Below, in pieces: positions 38,607 through 52,202 of a stretch of DNA of 60,000 bases (the stretch's first letter is position 1; each line of letters begins with the position of its first letter). The translations under genes and the position numbers were made by a program. This DNA comes from Botryllus schlosseri (lineage: Eukaryota): contig CM119371.1 in NCBI GenBank assembly GCA_051294905.1, forward strand, positions 3,040,001 to 3,100,000, read 5' to 3'. The notes under the pieces were generated by a model that worked only from the letters and a program-made list of their open reading frames with translations, did no database searches and was not told the origin of the DNA.

Positions 38607-40423
38607 GATTAATAATCAATCGCAGTAAATACTTATATATAAGCACTGCTCCTGTAGCAAAGCAGATAAGTTAACGTAAGCCTATAATACTTATCAGCAA
38701 CTAGAGTATGAACTAAAAGAATAGTAAATGGCAATGGAATCAGAGAGGGACCTCGAATGCATATTTTATAATTCTTTTATAGGTGATGGCATTTTGACAA
38801 GGCAGCAATTTTATGTATATGATGCTCGGATGACAATTATATTTTTCATCCGATCTTGGCGACTGTATCCGTGCGTTACCCCTCTCTCTTTACAAAATGC
38901 ACACACACATTCTATAGTTGTTGCTTCTATAGTGAAAACAGCTTGGAAGTCGAAAAGGTTGCGCTTATACCAATACAACAAAACACCGACACCGTTTGGC
39001 TCCTGAAATTTACAAAGAATCACCATCCATATCAGAGTTGTAATAAAGTCACACTAATATAAGTGGGGCGATATTTTTTACCTAGAAAAAGAAAACTTTG
39101 ACTTTTTTCGACCTAAACAACCTGAATTTTGACCAAATTTTGTCCTAACGTATGCAAATTAGGTGTTTTCCCACGTGATGTTGAAATTGTTCCACTTATC
39201 TTCATTTCTGGTTGGAACTGGCTGTCCTATATGAAGTAGTTTAGCCGTATATGCAAATTGTTTGGCACTCACATATATGCCCAATGCATTAACATACATC
39301 GTATGACAGTATGCTGAACAGACTTGAGGCGAATACTACATTAATGTTATTATGATTAGTTCTGAAACAGGTGCTGTTAAGCTGTATACAGTTACAGCGA
39401 AACGCCCAAGTCGACCCTTGTCGACTGCCCCTACATGATAAAGTAGCCATGGCTTTGGCTATGCACGGTTACTTTTATTTCGCTTATTTGAACTATAAGA
39501 TTAGAACACATAATCAAAGACAATACTGCATCTTCAGAGAACATATTATTTTACATTGTCACATCATTACCTTGTTGGTTATTTCACACCAGAGTTGGAT
39601 CAATTCTAATTTGTATTTGAGCTGAATGTAATAATTACATTTTTCATGTAGTTGTAATTGAAGCATTTTTATTTCTTGTAATTGTGATTTGATGAAATTT
39701 TTTCCTACTTACAATTTCAATTACAGTTCATTATTATTGAAATCTGACAAGCATAACATAAAATAATTAGGCCTATTTACAGAGTTGTGCTATGCGTGCC
39801 TCGTAAACTAGATAAACAACCATGCTAAACTGTTTCCCATACTTCAGTAACAACAGAAAACTTAGTAACCGGGGTATCTTTCGACAATTTCGCTTTGTAT
39901 TCTGGAAATGCTAGGGAGAAGGGGCAAGTTTTGTGTTTTTCAGGGGTCATGGAGCAAAGATTAGAATAAACTCCTCCAAAATCTTCATGGTCATAAATAA
40001 GTACCTTATTTTTGTAAATTATCCGTGTCCAAAGTTACCCCGGCATGTGGGATAGTGGGCATGGGTAACTTTGGACATCACTGACATTTTTGCCATGGAT
40101 TAAGACTACTATAAGGTATCTGCTGCCAAGTTTTGAATCTATGGATCACATGCTATCTATGTTTGGTAGTAAGAATTTTAATGGCCATCAATTTTGACGA
40201 AATTCACCCCCGCCATTAATTTATCAATGCTGGGTCAAGTTTATCTGGTAGTGAAATGAATCCACCTTTTATTGAGACTGCTTGTGGTACTTTTGCCCCA
40301 TGAAAAAGAATTGGACATCAAGCGGCAACTATTTTCCATCAACAACCAGTTAAATATTTTACTGCTTACCGTCCAAAGTTCGCCTAAGTCGAAATTTACC
40401 CCGGTTTACGGTAGGCCTATATC

Positions 40424-41472
40424 CAGGGTTGCCATCGACATTGACCCAACAATAAGGACAGTCAAAAAATTAGATTAGCATGAAAAAGCGTTTTTGTACA
40501 TACTTTGTATTTATACGAGCCGGGGCATATCACATTCCATACGTTTCGCCAGAAACAATCGTTGGCGAGGAATGATTGCTGGTGTTTGACAGTATGGAAT
40601 GCCCAAGTACCCTCTACAGCAGCTGCCTTGTAGTATGTAGTCGTTGGTGCTGATCGACTTGTGGAAAAATTATTCATCGACTGGTTCAAATTAATCATCA
40701 TGACACACTTCTTGTGTTTTGGGGTATGAATGGGAGTTGAAATAGCGGTCTTTCCTATGGCCTCCAGGTTATTGTCACAATTGCAGATGTTGCAATCTGC
40801 GAAACACTCGCCCTTCAAGCTTCGTTAGATACCTTTGAATTCTCTCTCATAATCGTCACAAAAAACATTTTTACGCCTGCTCATTTTAACTAATCAGATT
40901 TAGCCTTATTAGCAGCTAAAACTATATGCGCAAGTGCAATATAATTCAGTAAAAATTATGAATGATTTACAGCTTTACTACTTTTTAACCAATCTGTCGA
41001 CTGCACTGCGCCTTTTTTCACTACTCAATAAATGCTGCCTTCCCACAGTTCGAGCATATTCTGCTGTAGACCAAACAGCAGGAACCAGGTACTACTGTTT
41101 ACTGCTAAAATGACGTCCGCCGCGGCAGCTTAATTGGTACAGACGAAACTGCTATACCACCACTCCCCGCCCTAGCTGCCCTAGCTTTCTCACCACTTAG
41201 AAGTCAAATCTTGTGGTGTGTATACGTCACGAGAGTTCCTTTCGTTTATGATGTCATGAAATCTAGACGCGAAAGCATAATTTTAGAATATTATGCAACA
41301 CAGATACCAGAGGAAAATAATCGAAGTTCTGTAGTTGTTGAAAATAAGACAAAATAAGGACGCAAGTCGAAAATAAGGACATTTCTTAGTATTAAGGACA
41401 GTTGAGTTTTCTAAGACGTGGCCCTTCAAAATAAGGACAAATCTTAGAAATAAGGACGGTATGGCAACCCTG
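40424..41472 (-). mobile_element. Internally deleted hAT (Blackjack-like) transposon retaining the transposase N-terminus
   Basis: TIR cagggttgccat, perfect TSD cctatatc, aaataaggac subterminal repeats. From ATG 40884: MSRRKNVF...*...CNICNCD...HTPKH...AAVEGTWAFHTVKHQQSFLANDC. Confidence 0.88.
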
Positions 41473-42696
41473 CCTATATCACAATATAGTCTAAATCTTA
41501 ATCTTTCGAAAATGGATCAACAGCAATTAAACCAGGGCTGGGCAAACTTTTCGGCTCGCGGGCCGCATTCAACATCTGAGTCTATTCGCGGGCCGGACTA
41601 TATAAAATTGAGATTATTAGCTAAAAGCGCACCACTGTGAGGAACGATCTGGTCATAGATTTACTGATTTTACTTTTGGTTCACCTCCAGGACACACAAT
41701 GCTGACAACATCATAACCATGATAAAAAGTAAAGAATCTCAAACACGCGGCTCGCGGGATTTTGAAATTTCATGTATTCCACAATAGTTAAATGCCATAT
41801 ATCTTTTAAAGATTTGAGAACTCGAAGTTCACTCCAAAACTGTTTCAAAACCTCAATCTACTCATCAAATTTCAATATCGCAACACTTTCAAAAGCTAAT
41901 GTGCATTGGAAAATCTGCTATCACATCACATCACCAAATTTTTGATGAAAAAACATGTCCCGTTGATGATTCGTGACTGAAAATTGGGATTTCGACTTAA
42001 GACTTGTGATATGGAACGCCGTGGGTTGGTAAAGCGGTGGGCACAAAAAACTATCAAACTGTCATCAGGAATAGTAACTTCTAAAAAGGTCGTAGCGGAG
42101 TTAGATCTTGGGTCTCTCTATCCATGTTATTATTGCCAATTAAAGGTGGCGAGTAACTATAACTGGTAGGCTGTAACACACCAATGAATGTCGAATGTCA
42201 GGTGATTGGACATTTCTTTACTACGACACATTCAGATTCGACGTGGTGTACAAAGCTATTGCTGCCGAGCACCATCATACAATACTTTCCTACGCCTGGA
42301 AATAAACTTCCGTATGTCTGTCTGTCTGTGGGGCCGAATTTACCAAGTGCCGAGTTTACTGGTAATTAAAGTATCATTTAGTGTAGCGTGGGAACGGCGA
42401 TCAGCTAGTCAGCTAAAGTATCATTCAGATCTTTACGTTAAGAGCCATTGAGAAATCTATCAGCCTTATCGATTTACTCTGCATGCCAACGCTAGCTAGT
42501 AAAGTTGTAAGAACCAATTTTTATAATTCATGCTCCACAGCTGGGAGAGCGCTGGCTAAAAATACTTCTAACCACAACAAATCTATATTGTCTTGTGCGG
42601 CTAATGCGGTGCGATCGGCCATACTTCATCCACCTTCCACAATGCGAGCAACCGCAATCATATTCTGACAATCACAATTGGTGTGGGTGTGAATAC

Positions 42697-44024
42697 CAGT
42701 GTTGGATTAAATGTGCTATCTTCTAGTCACGAGTCATTGCAGATTTCGATCTTAAAGCTACTCCCAGTTGTTTCGACACCTGCATATCTTTGTATCGCAG
42801 ATGTTCAGAAACGATGAAAATAATAATAAACCTGATTGATTGATCTAGGGTCGATTCATCAGATGTTGGTTAACGCCTGATCATTGATTAGCACCTATAT
42901 TTGACCAGGATTGTGCTCCACAGATCGTGATCACTCGTAATCATTGGTTAAAAGTTAATCAACTAAAGTTGTTGGGTTAACTTGGTGATCAGTGATACTA
43001 CACCATAATTTGCGGCTTTCAGTGGTAGGCCTACTGCTGCGGGATGTATCGGGTTGCATTGTAACTGGAGGTATACGGGAATTATATTGTTGTCATCTAG
43101 CAGTTGCTATCCTGAAACCTATACGGCGGTTTTGAGACTGTCTACTACAGTGGTTCTCAACCTTTTTATAGACACGCCCCCTTTTTGATAGTGAAAAATT
43201 TCGCGCCCCCCTTATCGTCATATCACAAAATGCAACTGGGATGCTAGCAACCCGAACAGATTGTTTGATGGTATGGACGGTTATGAATGTTGATGAGAGA
43301 ATAAAAATATATGAAATTGGGTCTATATAGAGAGAAACACACGTGCATTGGAGGTAAATCGCGCGAAGCGAGAAAAAAAAAATTCAGGTGACCGCTTCTT
43401 CCCCCCCCCCCCAGGGTCGCGCGCCTCCCAGGTTGAGAAACCCTGGTCTACTACCTTGCTTGCTCGCTCTTCGACATAAATATTTTGTACCAGTAGCAAA
43501 CGTTCTGAGATTGCACTCTCATGGGTATAATATATGGGTACCACCACCCATTCACACATCCTTGAGCACATACACGCATATGGGTACATTCATTCGATTT
43601 AAATCATACAAGAAGGTTGATAAAGGTGGGCACTGCGCAATGTAAGCACTCGAGCCGTCTACTAAACAGAGATACCTTGCTATTAATCTTCTACTGTTTC
43701 GTGCAACGTGCAACGTGAACTGTGATCATTTCGTTTGCGGCCAATTTATTTGTGAAATAACAAATGGAGGACCAGTGAAACGTACAATCAGTGCATGACT
43801 GGTTGCTTGCACAAGTATCACCGGCGTATCGTGAATAATCCGAACAAACACGTGATACAGTGATATAAACGACTTATAGATGACTTGAAATTGACTCGTA
43901 AATTTTGCTTCGAGTCACGAGTCAATCTGAAGCGCCGAGTCAAGTCAAGTCAAGTCATTTTTGCAAAGTGACTCGAGTCAAGACAAGTCATACGAAAAAA
44001 TTGACTCGAGTCACCCCAACACTG
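42697..44024. mobile_element. hAT-type non-autonomous element with nested MITE (43148-43445)
   Basis: Outer TSD gtgaatac, termini cagtgttgg/ccaacactg. Inner termini cagtggttctcaacc...ggttgagaaaccctg with TSD gtctacta. Confidence 0.9.
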
Positions 44025-44129
44025 GTGAATACACTATACTTCCATTCGTATCAAGTATGATCGACATCAACGTGGGATCAGTGTCCAAATACCACCCAAC
44101 TGAATTCTCCAGTCCACATTATTGTTCAT

Positions 44130-47100
44130 TAAGTTTTTTGACAGCCGACCCCTTCAAATTTAATGGGTGGTTGCGCGTACTCGTAAAATTTCAGAAGCTG
44201 ATGGAAGGAAAGTCATCACATCAAATTCAAATAACTCTCGCTTGGCCCCGCGACCCTGTTCTAGGTTAGTTTAAAGCCATCCGAGGCATGTCTTTTCTGT
44301 CGTTTTTTAGTGATAGCAATAAAGCCTTCATTTTCGATCAGCTGATCTCACTCCCTGTTTTGACACACGGGACAGAGCAATCGATGTACGTGAAGCATCA
44401 TCCGACCATACAGAAGGAAAACTTTACCATTTTTTCAGGATTTACATCCGGTGTCGAAAGTTGAAAAATTACGAAAAAGTGACCACTTTTCAGATTTCCA
44501 AAATATGGTAAAACCCTACATTAGCGCCATCACACATGAGAAAGACGGGCCTCAAATTGATGGCACTCATCCAGATCAACATTATACTTACGTCATGTTC
44601 AATTTAGTTTCGTCATGCATCCCAATTTTATTCTCCTGTACATAATGTTATTATTGCAAAAAATACGATGCGAATCATCCACATTTGAAAGAACTATACG
44701 GGGTATTCCCTAAAGCGAGACATGTTTGTTTCTGAAATGAGCCAGACTTGATACAAGGTGGAGTGCAAACAACTTAGTTTTTATATCGAAAAAACGGGGT
44801 TCTCGAATCCCGACAAATGACCGTAAATTTCAATAAAATCTGACTTTAGATGACTGCCCCCATTTTACAGCTGGCAACTTCCCAATTTCTGCGCGTGAGG
44901 GTGTAAAATTGCCCCCCTGCCTTCTTGTGAAGAGACCTTACTGGTCGTCCAGCAGCCAAGCTCAAAAGCTGTCAAAACATCATGTGTCTATCTATCTTAA
45001 GCAGAAAGTTTTCTCTCTTGCCTTGTGGACAACAACCTTTTCTAAACAACTTACGTGTCAAGCATATTTCTTGACGGTCCAAAACCAAATCATAGTAGGC
45101 TACTTGAAGTAGATTTTGTCTACTCACACTACTTTTCAAGTAGTTATTATTTTATACTACTTCTATTTCACACTTTTCATTTTCTAGGCAAAATAAGGGA
45201 ATACCAACTTCCTTACTTATTTGTGAACCACCACTCCTACTTCTACTTGAGGAGCGAGCGGGACTACTTTGACCACCTCTGAAGGTTAATAACACCGTGC
45301 TACAAGGAAGTGACGAATTTGATGATCATTCTTCTCGGTTAGTGTGAAATGCAGTCTCAAGCGAATTTAGTATAAGAATCTTTCCTGTGCTTTTCGGATT
45401 TGTGAAGTAACCTATATTAGGATTACACTAGTAAATTTCGATAACTTTAAGTGATAACACTGGCTGGCTGTTTGTGCAATGCAGAGTCCCGTTGAAACTA
45501 TCAACTCTATTTTGGCTCTTGTGTTTCTTATGAAATATGTACGACTTCACCATTTTCTATATTCCATTGTACTGTCAAATGTCATCGAATTGTACGGTAG
45601 CAGTCTAGAATAGCTTTCACGTATTACTGGTGTGTCAGGATTTCTAGGCAAATTGTAAATAGTTAGGCCTATGTACAAATCTTGCAGCAATATGGCGTAG
45701 GATAAGTCATAGTAGATGAGCTGCCTATATCACTACATATGATCAGTAGGGTGGAGTGAAAATGACTTTGTTTTTTTCAAATCGAAAAAAGGGCCTCCTC
45801 AATCCTGACAAATGACCTAAAACTTCAAATAAAAGTGACTTCAGGGCATTGCATCCATTTTCCAGCCGGCAACCCCCCAATTTCTGCGCGTCGGGGGTAA
45901 AATGGCCCATCTCGGCAACCGCTGGTCGTAGAGTCCTGATATATAGCTTAAAATCTGCGGAAGCATCATGTTTCCGTCTGTCTTAAGAGGAAAGTTTTCT
46001 CTATTGTGAACACAAAATGAGTTATAGCCAAAAACAATATATACGCTCATTTTAATTGAAATTCAGCATTTATTCTGACGAATTGTGATCTGTCATCAGT
46101 TTTTTTGAAAAGAAAAGTAACACACTGACAATACCGAATATTGGGCCCATAATACAAATATATTCGCAACACAGTCCTTTTAAAATCGGTCCAAAACATC
46201 ATAATGAAACACTCACATTTAACGACTTATTGAAAATGCATTCTTGTGTCAAGTTTTTTCATCAGTTTACGAGACTTAATTTTTTGGCGAATGAGGCCGT
46301 CTCGTCTTTGAAATCCCGAAACTTGTGCTGATGCTTCTGTTACGAGCTTTACATGTCGTTCCACTGTTTGATTGTGGCATGGATGAAACAAAATCAGAGG
46401 CTTCTCGCGGCATTCTTCCAGCTCTGCATCAGTTAAGTGCTCAATCGCTGGAGGAAGTTGTTTATAAGGTCCAATATCAACCAACTCGTGGTATGCCTTT
46501 GCTTCCAAGTTCAACTTTGGGACACAGAATAAACGGATAGGGCCGCAGTTCAATTGGTTGAACTGCTATGACTCTCAATGTCCATAAGTGGATTTTGTTC
46601 AGCGGCATGTTTTCGAATCGCCAGCACCTTGGTCACACCCAATTGGAAAAAATACCTGGAAGTGTATCATGTTGGCCAGTTACTCAATTCAAAAAGCTCT
46701 CGCCACCACTTATGGCCTTTCCAAAGCTCCCATCGGAAATTGGGAATGACTTAAGTAATGCCCAGTTATATACTTATAAATGTGCTGGGCAATTATTCAA
46801 GGAAATGCTGATGATGATCTGGCTTATTTGGAGGTTGGACCAGTTGTGCATTCAAGATGGATAACTTTAGGATGCAGTGCAGAGTTTTACGGTATTATGT
46901 AACAGCTGGTGAACTGCCTTTGAACCTGGAGATTCTGGTTCGTTTTTGCCTTGAAGTATATTTTCCGACTTGGTTTGAGATCAAGCGAAACAAACATATA
47001 ACACATGGATCCAGAAACTTCTTCAACTTGATTCAACAGGTTTTGAATTTCTCTGACCGAAACGTTCGGAAAATTGCTTTGAATGTGGTGATAAGAAACG

Positions 47101-48398
47101 GTTATTTCGCACATCCCGAAAATATTATGATTGCAATGCTGGCAGATGATAATGAAGACATACAAAATGAGGGTGTGACCAAGGTGCTTGCGTTTCGAAA
47201 ACATGCTACTGAATAAAATTCACTTGTGGACATTGAAAGTCATAGCAGTTCCAACCAATTGAACTGGGGCCCTATTCGTTTATTCTGTGTCCCAAAGTTG
47301 AACTTGGAAGCAAAGGGATACCACGAGTTGGTTGATATTGAATCTTATCAACAACTTCCTCCAGCGATTGAGCACTTACTGATGCAGAATTGGAAGAATG
47401 CCGCGAGAAGCCTCTGATTTTGTTTCATCCATGCCACAATCAAACAGGGAACGACATGTAAAGCTCGTAACAGAAGCATCAGCACAAGTTTCGGGATTTG
47501 AAAGACGAGATCGCCACTCAATTGCCAAAAAATTAAGTCTCGTAAACTGATGAAAAGATTTGACACAAAAATGCATTTTCAATAAGCCGTTAAATGTGAG
47601 TGTTTCATTATGATGTTTTGAACCAATTCTAAAAGGACTGTGTTGTGAATATATTTGTATTATGGGCCCAATATTCGGTATTGTCAGTGTGTTACTTTTA
47701 GTTGCAAAAAAACTGATGACAGATCACAATTCGTCAGAATAAATGCTGAATTTCAACAAAAATGTGCGTATATATTGTTTTTTGGCTATAACTCATTTTG
47801 TGTTCACAATAGAGAAGACTTTCTTCTTAAGACAGATAGAAACATGATGCTTCCACAGCTTTTGAGCTATATATCATGACTCTACGACCAGCGGTTGCCG
47901 AGATGGGCCATTTTATTTATTTATGTATTTTCAGTTATTGCCACACATATTTCACCTAGTTGTTATGACATACACTGATAAAAGTGATTTGGATACATCC
48001 TCGACCTACTTCCTACTGAATAGACATAGGTAGTTTTTGTACTTTATATGTTCTTTCGCAAGATATTCACTGACTCAAGTAGCCCAGCAATGGCATGATA
48101 CAGTTTCGCACGATCTGTCCATGTGCAATTTCAACTGATTCATATCGCTGAAATTGATGAGAATTTGAGAAGAGGTGCACCATTCTGGCGCTATCCAGTC
48201 CTCTTGCCATTATTACGTTTCACGGTTTCAACACAATAGCATTACTCGCTGGCTAGCAGGCCGGTCAATATCATTTCCGAGCAGAACAGTGAAATTCCAC
48301 GATTCTTCAAGGGCTATCTGGACCATCTTGGCCTCTTTGGATGTCGTCTAGGCAAGGTCTAATTCTCTTTGGAGCATTGCATTCACATCGTTTTCAGT
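44130..48398 (-). pseudogene. Paralog of NLR-like remnant 1, interrupted by the hATm element
   Basis: Exon 47956-48398 (AG/GT intact) reads TENDVNAMLQRELDLA*..MVQIALEESWNFTVLLGNDIDRP...EDWIAPEWC...SVYVITT; 44130-45745 matches 5340-6380. Confidence 0.45.
45747..47914. mobile_element. Rearranged hATm-type transposon: two transposase 3' halves joined in inverted orientation
   Basis: TAGGGTG terminus at 45747. Plus-strand 46638-47585 reads DLSNAQLY..GPVVHSRWIT..RVLRYYV..YFPTWFEIK..NGYFAHPENIMIAML (frameshifted). Minus-strand ORF 46227-46553 reads PCHNQTVERHVKLVTEAS..RRDGLIR. Arms 45899-46640 and 47171-47914 are inverted. Confidence 0.85.
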
Positions 48399-48698
48399 CT
48401 GCAAATAAACGAGGGGTCAACACTATGTCGGGTCTATCACAGTTTGAAAGAAATATCGGTATTTGCCTTTGGAGGTAAAAAATATAGCCAATTTTCATGG
48501 CATCGCAACACAGTAGTTGGATTCATAGAATTATAATTTACAAAGGCTTTACTGAGAATATCGATCTATTTCTTATAGCTTACAAATTGGTCACGTAGTC
48601 ATTGTTGGTGCTCAAGTAGAAGTAACGTCATACAATCTCGAGTACAAGCATACCGTAATTTTCCAGGTATGATACACCTCAACGTATAATACGCACCC

Positions 48699-48964
48699 TT
48701 TTTTGCTTTTGGAGTATTCATGGTGTTTGTCGACTACTATGGTCATTTACACCAGGCCGATATTCTTCTTATTTTCCGTAACTGCCGACTTATAGCACGG
48801 CCCACCTCTAGGCTTTCGTAAGACACCGCTGACGCGGATGAGGTGGCGAGGAGGAGCCTAGGTAAACCTCCAACACTTAGGTATCGGAATTCGGTCGGAC
48901 TCGAACCCGGACCCATTGGTGTTGCAGCCGCGGATTATATCACTGCTCTATCTCGCCACCACAG
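48699..48964 (-). mobile_element. tRNA-derived SINE
   Basis: A-box-like TAGAGCAGTGA, B box GGTTCGAGTCC, A-rich tail, 11-bp TSD aatacgcaccc (48688-48698 / 48965-48975); absent in copy A. Confidence 0.88.
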
Positions 48965-49881
48965 AATACGCACCCGTAAAATGGCATGTAAATTCTGGGA
49001 AAAAGCCTGCAACCAGTTAATCGAACTACTCCTCATAGAGCAATTTCCAAAAATCAAGGTCAACACAGAATGTATTGTCGACAACAGGACGTAATTTGAA
49101 ACCAAGTATCTGAACATTAATTAAATGAGAAATTTCCTACTACCTCTTTGGTATCACTCCAAAACTAACAAGGTAAATAAGCACATTTGAGCTGGATACT
49201 TTGTTATACGCAGATAAACAGTGACCTTGCATATATAAAAACAATCAAGAAATTCCACAAATTTTACATGCCAATTATCAGACCGCTTCGGTGACGTGCA
49301 TACCCAAAATTATATCCTTTGCGACCCATACTTTGAGGACCCATGCCGGGGAAAAATTTGCGCTACATAGGGTTACCATACGTCCGTTAGGAGGATTTGT
49401 CCTCCTTTGTCAGGTTTTTGAAAATGTCCTCATTTTTGAGATTTTGTCCGAGATACAGTAAACCAGCACTGAAATAACACTCTGCTGGCTATTCTGGGAG
49501 CTGAGCCAAAATGTTGAACTTTTTTTAGCCAACCGAATGTTAAATATTGACTGTACCTTTTAGAGACGTCTGAGAGTATAATAGAGTCTAGCCCACACCA
49601 AAGTTGTAGCCTTTCGAAGAGAAATCCAAGAATCAGAATCAAGTTAGCGCTTATTAATGGGACATCGGCTCGCGTAAACTTCAATAGAACCACATAGAAC
49701 AAGCGTGATATCGAAAAGGCACTACTAACTTTCTAATTAAAATCAGCCTCTGATATTTGCTCGCAAGTTACACACTTGCCTTAAATACATTTTAGGTTAG
49801 TTTTGATTTTTGATGACTGGCCTAGAATAGGTCAGCACCACAATACTGAAAAGCTTGTTCTGGATATCGGCCCTCATGTAC

Positions 49882-50031
49882 CAGGTCGAACGAGACCTTA
49901 CCTGTCGAGATACGAAATCCTCTTGTCTTACTTTTCATTATTTTGCTTCTTCTGTTGATGGAGAACCCCTTTCATATCAGTACTGCTGTCTGCTTGATAC
50001 ACTTGAATCTCTTTCCCGTTCAGGATTTCGC
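49882..50031 (-). pseudogene. RBM28: RBM28 exon copy (paralog of 9370-9512)
   Basis: EILNGKEIQVYQA...DKRISYLDR*GLVRPG; AG/GT flanks. Confidence 0.8.
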
Positions 50032-51381
50032 CTGCAATGGCAGCCACACATATGTTTACAATACAGACTTACTTACAAACTTACGAACAGTAGTTCTAGT
50101 TGTGGATTTTGAAAAGCGAGTAGTTCTAGTTCTAGCTCATGTTGTGGATTTTATAAAGTTAGCAGTGCTAGGGGTTCTCCTACTCGGGTAACGATTTTTG
50201 GTGACTCGACTTGAGTCGAGTCATTTCTACAAATGCGTAAAATGACTCGAATCGACTTAATTTGATTATTGACTCGAACCAAGTCATATGACTCGAAACT
50301 AAGACGGCCAAGACCAATTGTAACTTAAAAAAATAGTTAAGTAATCATATTATTGGTATTTCGTCTATCGGTCAGGATATTCGGAAAGTAGGGTCAGGAA
50401 CTGTTAGAATTGTGAACTTTACGATATTATGAATGCGGGCAATTCTATATCACTAGAGCGCAGTTGAAAGAGTGGGTTGAATCGGATTGAACTCAAAACT
50501 TAACAGTGAACACAATGACTCGGACTCGAGTCAAAACTATAAAAGTGAGATTGACTTGTGACTCGAATCCTTGCGACTTGGTCACAACCCTGAGTTGTTT
50601 TGCCTCGTTTTCTCAGACAACTCAACAATTTCATGAGGTTGACAGTAAAATTTGGAAAAAATATTTATATATATATATATATATTTATAATAAATTAATA
50701 AATTTCAATTGGCTCTGTGTCGGCCTCTACAGGTAGGAATTGAGCCGAATTTGGTGTGCAGCGTTTCTAGGCCACCTAACAAATGTGTTGTGAACCACTG
50801 GCCTGTGACTCTGTCGATTCCCTTAATCGTATTGGTGTATTCATTAAACATGTTGAAGAAGATGCATTTCATGCATGCATGCATTCAACACAAAATCATC
50901 GTCAAGCGATTTCACCCATAAGTTTCCAAAAAACAATCAGACTGGGAAAGGATGAACTAGGCCAATATCAGGGACTGCGAATCCCCCCGTTGTATACTAT
51001 GAGTTAGTCTAGTAACATCTGACGTGGTCAGTGACGAAGTATTTTTACTTTTGGTCAGGGTTGTGACCTAGTCCCAAGGTTCCATGTCACAAGTCAATCT
51101 CACTTTTATAGTTCTGACTCGAGTCAAGTTGATTCATTTTCAATTCACCACCGAGTCAAGTCCGAGTCCAAGTCATCCAGCAGAGGGTCCAGTCTTGTTC
51201 AATCCACTTTTTTATAACTGTTCGGTGATATTATCTTGAAACGATGCCGGTTGGGATTTTATTGAGTATCGGAATCATTTGAGAAGTCATTTCGTTTTCT
51301 AGCTTCCGTTCTGTGAGAAATTCCGCTGTACGCGTTTCTTTGATTTCAGGAGCCATCCTAGAAGGAAGGAATCGGTTAATA

Positions 51382-52202
51382 CAGGGGTCGCCAACTCAAA
51401 ACGGGTCGCGGGCCACTTTTCAAATTTCGTAGCGGCCGCGGGCCGCATGAATTCAATATCGATATCAAGTAGGCAACCACGTTTTAAAACTCTACGTCAG
51501 TACAACACTGTGCTACCTAACATAGCCGATGGGTTTGGTGATAATACAAAAAGTAATATTTTAATAAAGGAATAAAAATACAACAGAAGATCACTATCAT
51601 TAATTTCATTTTATTTTGAACTCTGAGCTGTGCACGATACCTGAAAACGCTTTTTGGGGCTAGCGAGATACGTTACTAGCTGAAAGACCATCTCCACGTG
51701 AAGCTTGATCTTGTGAGGAAGCCCTAAGCCAGTGGTTCTCAAACCTTTTTAGACATGTCCCCCTTTATGATACTGAAAATTTTTGTCCCCCCTTATCGTC
51801 ACATCACAAAATGCATCCATAAAGCTAGGAATCGCAACGGATAGGTTAATGCCACGGATGGTTATGAATGTTGATGGGAGAATTCTATAATATGAATTCG
51901 GGACTATACACAGGGCAATACCCATACCTAGGAATAGTAGGTAAATCGCGCGGAGCGCGAAAAATTGTTCAGTTGACCGCAGCACCTTGCCTCCTTCAGA
52001 TGGTTTCATGCCCCCACAAGGGGACGCGCTCCCCGTAGTTTCAGAACCACTGCCCTAAGTCGTTTTCTAAGCGTCTCGGTGTTGGCAGTATTTCGGCCAT
52101 TGCACGTCAAATTCAGCATTTCAAAATGTTTTCTTAGCTTTCTTCCGAGATCTCAAATCAAGTCGCACGCCGCAAAATATGACCTCGTGTTGGTCACCCC
52201 TG
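51382..52202. mobile_element. hAT-type MITE with nested MITE (51730-52052)
   Basis: Outer TSD ggttaata/tgttaata, with the empty site at ~15142 in copy A; inner TSD ccctaagc/ccctaagt. Confidence 0.9.

Noticed and set aside
38630..38665. TATA box or (trans-)splice acceptor upstream of the Kelch ATG
   Set aside because: Short motifs are expected by chance in AT-rich DNA and cannot be supported without transcript data.
48178..48210. Protein kinase APE motif (WIAPE)
   Set aside because: No HRD, DFG or DxWS motifs nearby.
48805..48870. Type III hammerhead (CUAGGCUC...GAAAGCCUAG) or intact HDV ribozyme
   Set aside because: No CUGANGA box or stem I; HDV P3' and P1.1 are absent. Kept only as a structured-RNA hypothesis.
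48885..48960. tRNA gene (Cys-like GCA loop)
   Set aside because: Anticodon and acceptor stems do not close canonically; TSD and A-tail indicate a SINE head.
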